From NCBI RefSeq assembly GCF_031769215.1, contig NW_026781915.1:806001-870000 (forward strand): a stretch of DNA of 64,000 nucleotides, written 5' to 3'. The position numbers were made by a program, and so were the translations under genes. This DNA comes from Ylistrum balloti. Taxonomy: Eukaryota. Shown piece after piece: positions 62,440-64,000 of the stretch (positions are counted from its first letter, which is position 1; each line of letters opens with the position of its first letter). The notes below the pieces were generated by a model that did not search any database, was not told the origin of the DNA, and worked only from the letters and a program-made list of their open reading frames with translations.

Positions 62440-63609
62440 ATGGTTATGGTCAAAGTGCGAGACGAAACACATCACGATCTACACCACACCCCTGTGCGAG
62501 GACATCATACCCACCATCGTCATGGACACCATGTACATCATCACCATGGGCACCATGTCCATCATCACCTCGGACACAACAGCCCTGTCCATACGCTGAA
62601 GTCATTATTTGGAAAGTACCGACATCTTCGGTGTTCATCGCCCAAATGCAGTAATTCGACGCCAAAAACCAAAAGATTGTCGGACTCCAAGAGAAGTTGT
62701 CTCGGCAATGAAATCAGAAAACCTTTTCTGATACATAAAAAAATCGATGATGCCAATGATGAAGTGTTTATCAAGGAGGATTTTCAACTTGGTAAACTCC
62801 TCGGAGCCGGGGGTTTTGGTTCTGTATATATGGCAAATGGTAAACGTGGACATGGCTCCATGGCGATTAAAGTGTTAAAGAAACCCAACATGAGCAAAAA
62901 TCCTGATGCCATGTTTGAAAGTTTCAAAGCCGAGCTACGATGTATGCAGCTTACCCATCCCAATATTGTCCAATCATTGGGAGCCACTCATGTGACGTCA
63001 TTTGATGAGGGAGCATGGGTCGTTATGGAGTATGCTGGAGATAGAACCCTGCAAACTGTTCTCAACGAACCTCACGTCGATATGACGATCGATATTAGAC
63101 TCAAGTTTTCTTCTCAGATTGCACAAGGTCTAAAATATCTCCATGATAACAACATTGTACATTTGGATATTAAACCCGCCAACATCCTCATCACTCCTGA
63201 CGGTGACTGTAAAATCGGTGATCTTGGATGTTCCCAAATCTTAGAGGCTGGAACTGGAAAAGTTAGTCCTACCCAAAGATCGTCCCTCACCGGGACATTT
63301 GCATATCGCGCACCAGAACTACTTCGAGGTGAAGCGCCTACCAGGAAAGCCGACATTTACTCGTTCGCAGTTACTATGTGGCAAATGTTATCACGAGAAA
63401 ATCCGTATGGCAACGAGAACCAGCACGTGGTCATATTCGGAGTTGTAGCTTATGGACATCGACCTAAACACCCAAATATGAATGAGCAGTGCCCGTTTGA
63501 ACTTTGCTACCGTGACCTCTATTCGCAATGTTGGAATTCGGTCCCAGAAAACCGGCCGTCTGCTGATGAGTTGGTGGAAGTGCTAGGTATCTGGAAGAAA
63601 AACTTATAG
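62440..63609 (+). CDS. mos: Serine/threonine kinase Mos (oocyte MAPKKK), intronless, 389 aa
   Basis: LGAGGFGSVY, AIK, SFKAEL, HPNIV, IVHLDIKPANILI, GTFAYRAPELLRGE, KADIYSFAVTMWQM and ENQHVVIFGVVAYGHRP match Mos-specific motifs; first ATG (caagATGG) at 62440. Confidence 0.93.
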   Translation: MVMVKVRDETHHDLHHTPVRGHHTHHRHGHHVHHHHGHHVHHHLGHNSPVHTLKSLFGKYRHLRCSSPKCSNSTPKTKRLSDSKRSCLGNEIRKPFLIHKKIDDANDEVFIKEDFQLGKLLGAGGFGSVYMANGKRGHGSMAIKVLKKPNMSKNPDAMFESFKAELRCMQLTHPNIVQSLGATHVTSFDEGAWVVMEYAGDRTLQTVLNEPHVDMTIDIRLKFSSQIAQGLKYLHDNNIVHLDIKPANILITPDGDCKIGDLGCSQILEAGTGKVSPTQRSSLTGTFAYRAPELLRGEAPTRKADIYSFAVTMWQMLSRENPYGNENQHVVIFGVVAYGHRPKHPNMNEQCPFELCYRDLYSQCWNSVPENRPSADELVEVLGIWKKNL

Positions 63610-64000
63610 TCATTTTTGAAATACTGCACACGTGTGTAAATAGTGGTGTAGTTATGTATATTGATTTACCTTAATCACGAGTGTTCAATGAAAACGATAT
63701 AAAAAAAACACGATTGACTTATCTAGATAAGGTCGCGTTGAACACGAACAAACTTCAGTATATGTACAGATAGTGTAAAGTATATACACTTTATATATTT
63801 TATGGTGGTCTTATTGATCCAGGGTTTTTTCCCTGCTTGTATATTGATGTATCATATGTAAATTTGAAAATCGAAAGATTGTATAGTTTTTTATCTGTTG
63901 ATTTTCAGAACTGTTTATTTTTCTTTACAATTGTTATATCTACACATTTACAACTGTTTGTCTTGTGTCTGTCACATGTTATCATGTAAATAAGAACCGA
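63610..64000 (+). promoter_or_regulatory. mos 3' UTR with candidate Pumilio, CPE and Musashi elements
   Basis: TGTAAATA at 63635 and 63985; TTTTAT at 63798 and TTTTTTAT at 63887; ATAGT/GTAGT at 63640, 63648, 63770, 63883. Confidence 0.45.

Overview
AT-rich eukaryotic genomic DNA with GT-AG introns. The gene and repeat content looks like a bivalve mollusc (inference). I saw no CRISPR array, rRNA or intact tRNA. Six protein-coding genes can be reconstructed by hand. (1) A >=26-exon minus-strand gene (23106 to <1, ~1090 aa in the window, running off the left edge) encodes a secreted modular protein: three ependymin/LolA-like domains and two ferredoxin/SEA-like domains, each SEA-like domain interrupted by a PAN/Apple exon, built by duplication of a 10-exon module. 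(2) A single-coding-exon type II membrane FkbM-family methyltransferase (25467-26507 +). (3) A RING-less B-box/coiled-coil/beta-propeller TRIM-like gene (37504-39189 -). (4, 5) Two tandem 3-exon paralogues encoding GPI-anchored 8-Cys Ly6/uPAR-like proteins that the ORF track only shows in pieces (40541-43497 + and 48459-53161 +). (6) An intronless Mos kinase with a His-rich N-terminus (62440-63609 +). Roughly a quarter of the window is tandem repeat (large 41-, 32-, 26- and 38-bp arrays plus small intronic ones). Also present are Penelope-like, MITE, SINE and Helentron-like remnants, a degenerate Penelope-type hammerhead motif and one 133-nt N gap. All gene models, domain names and counts come from reading the sequence by eye, with no database search.
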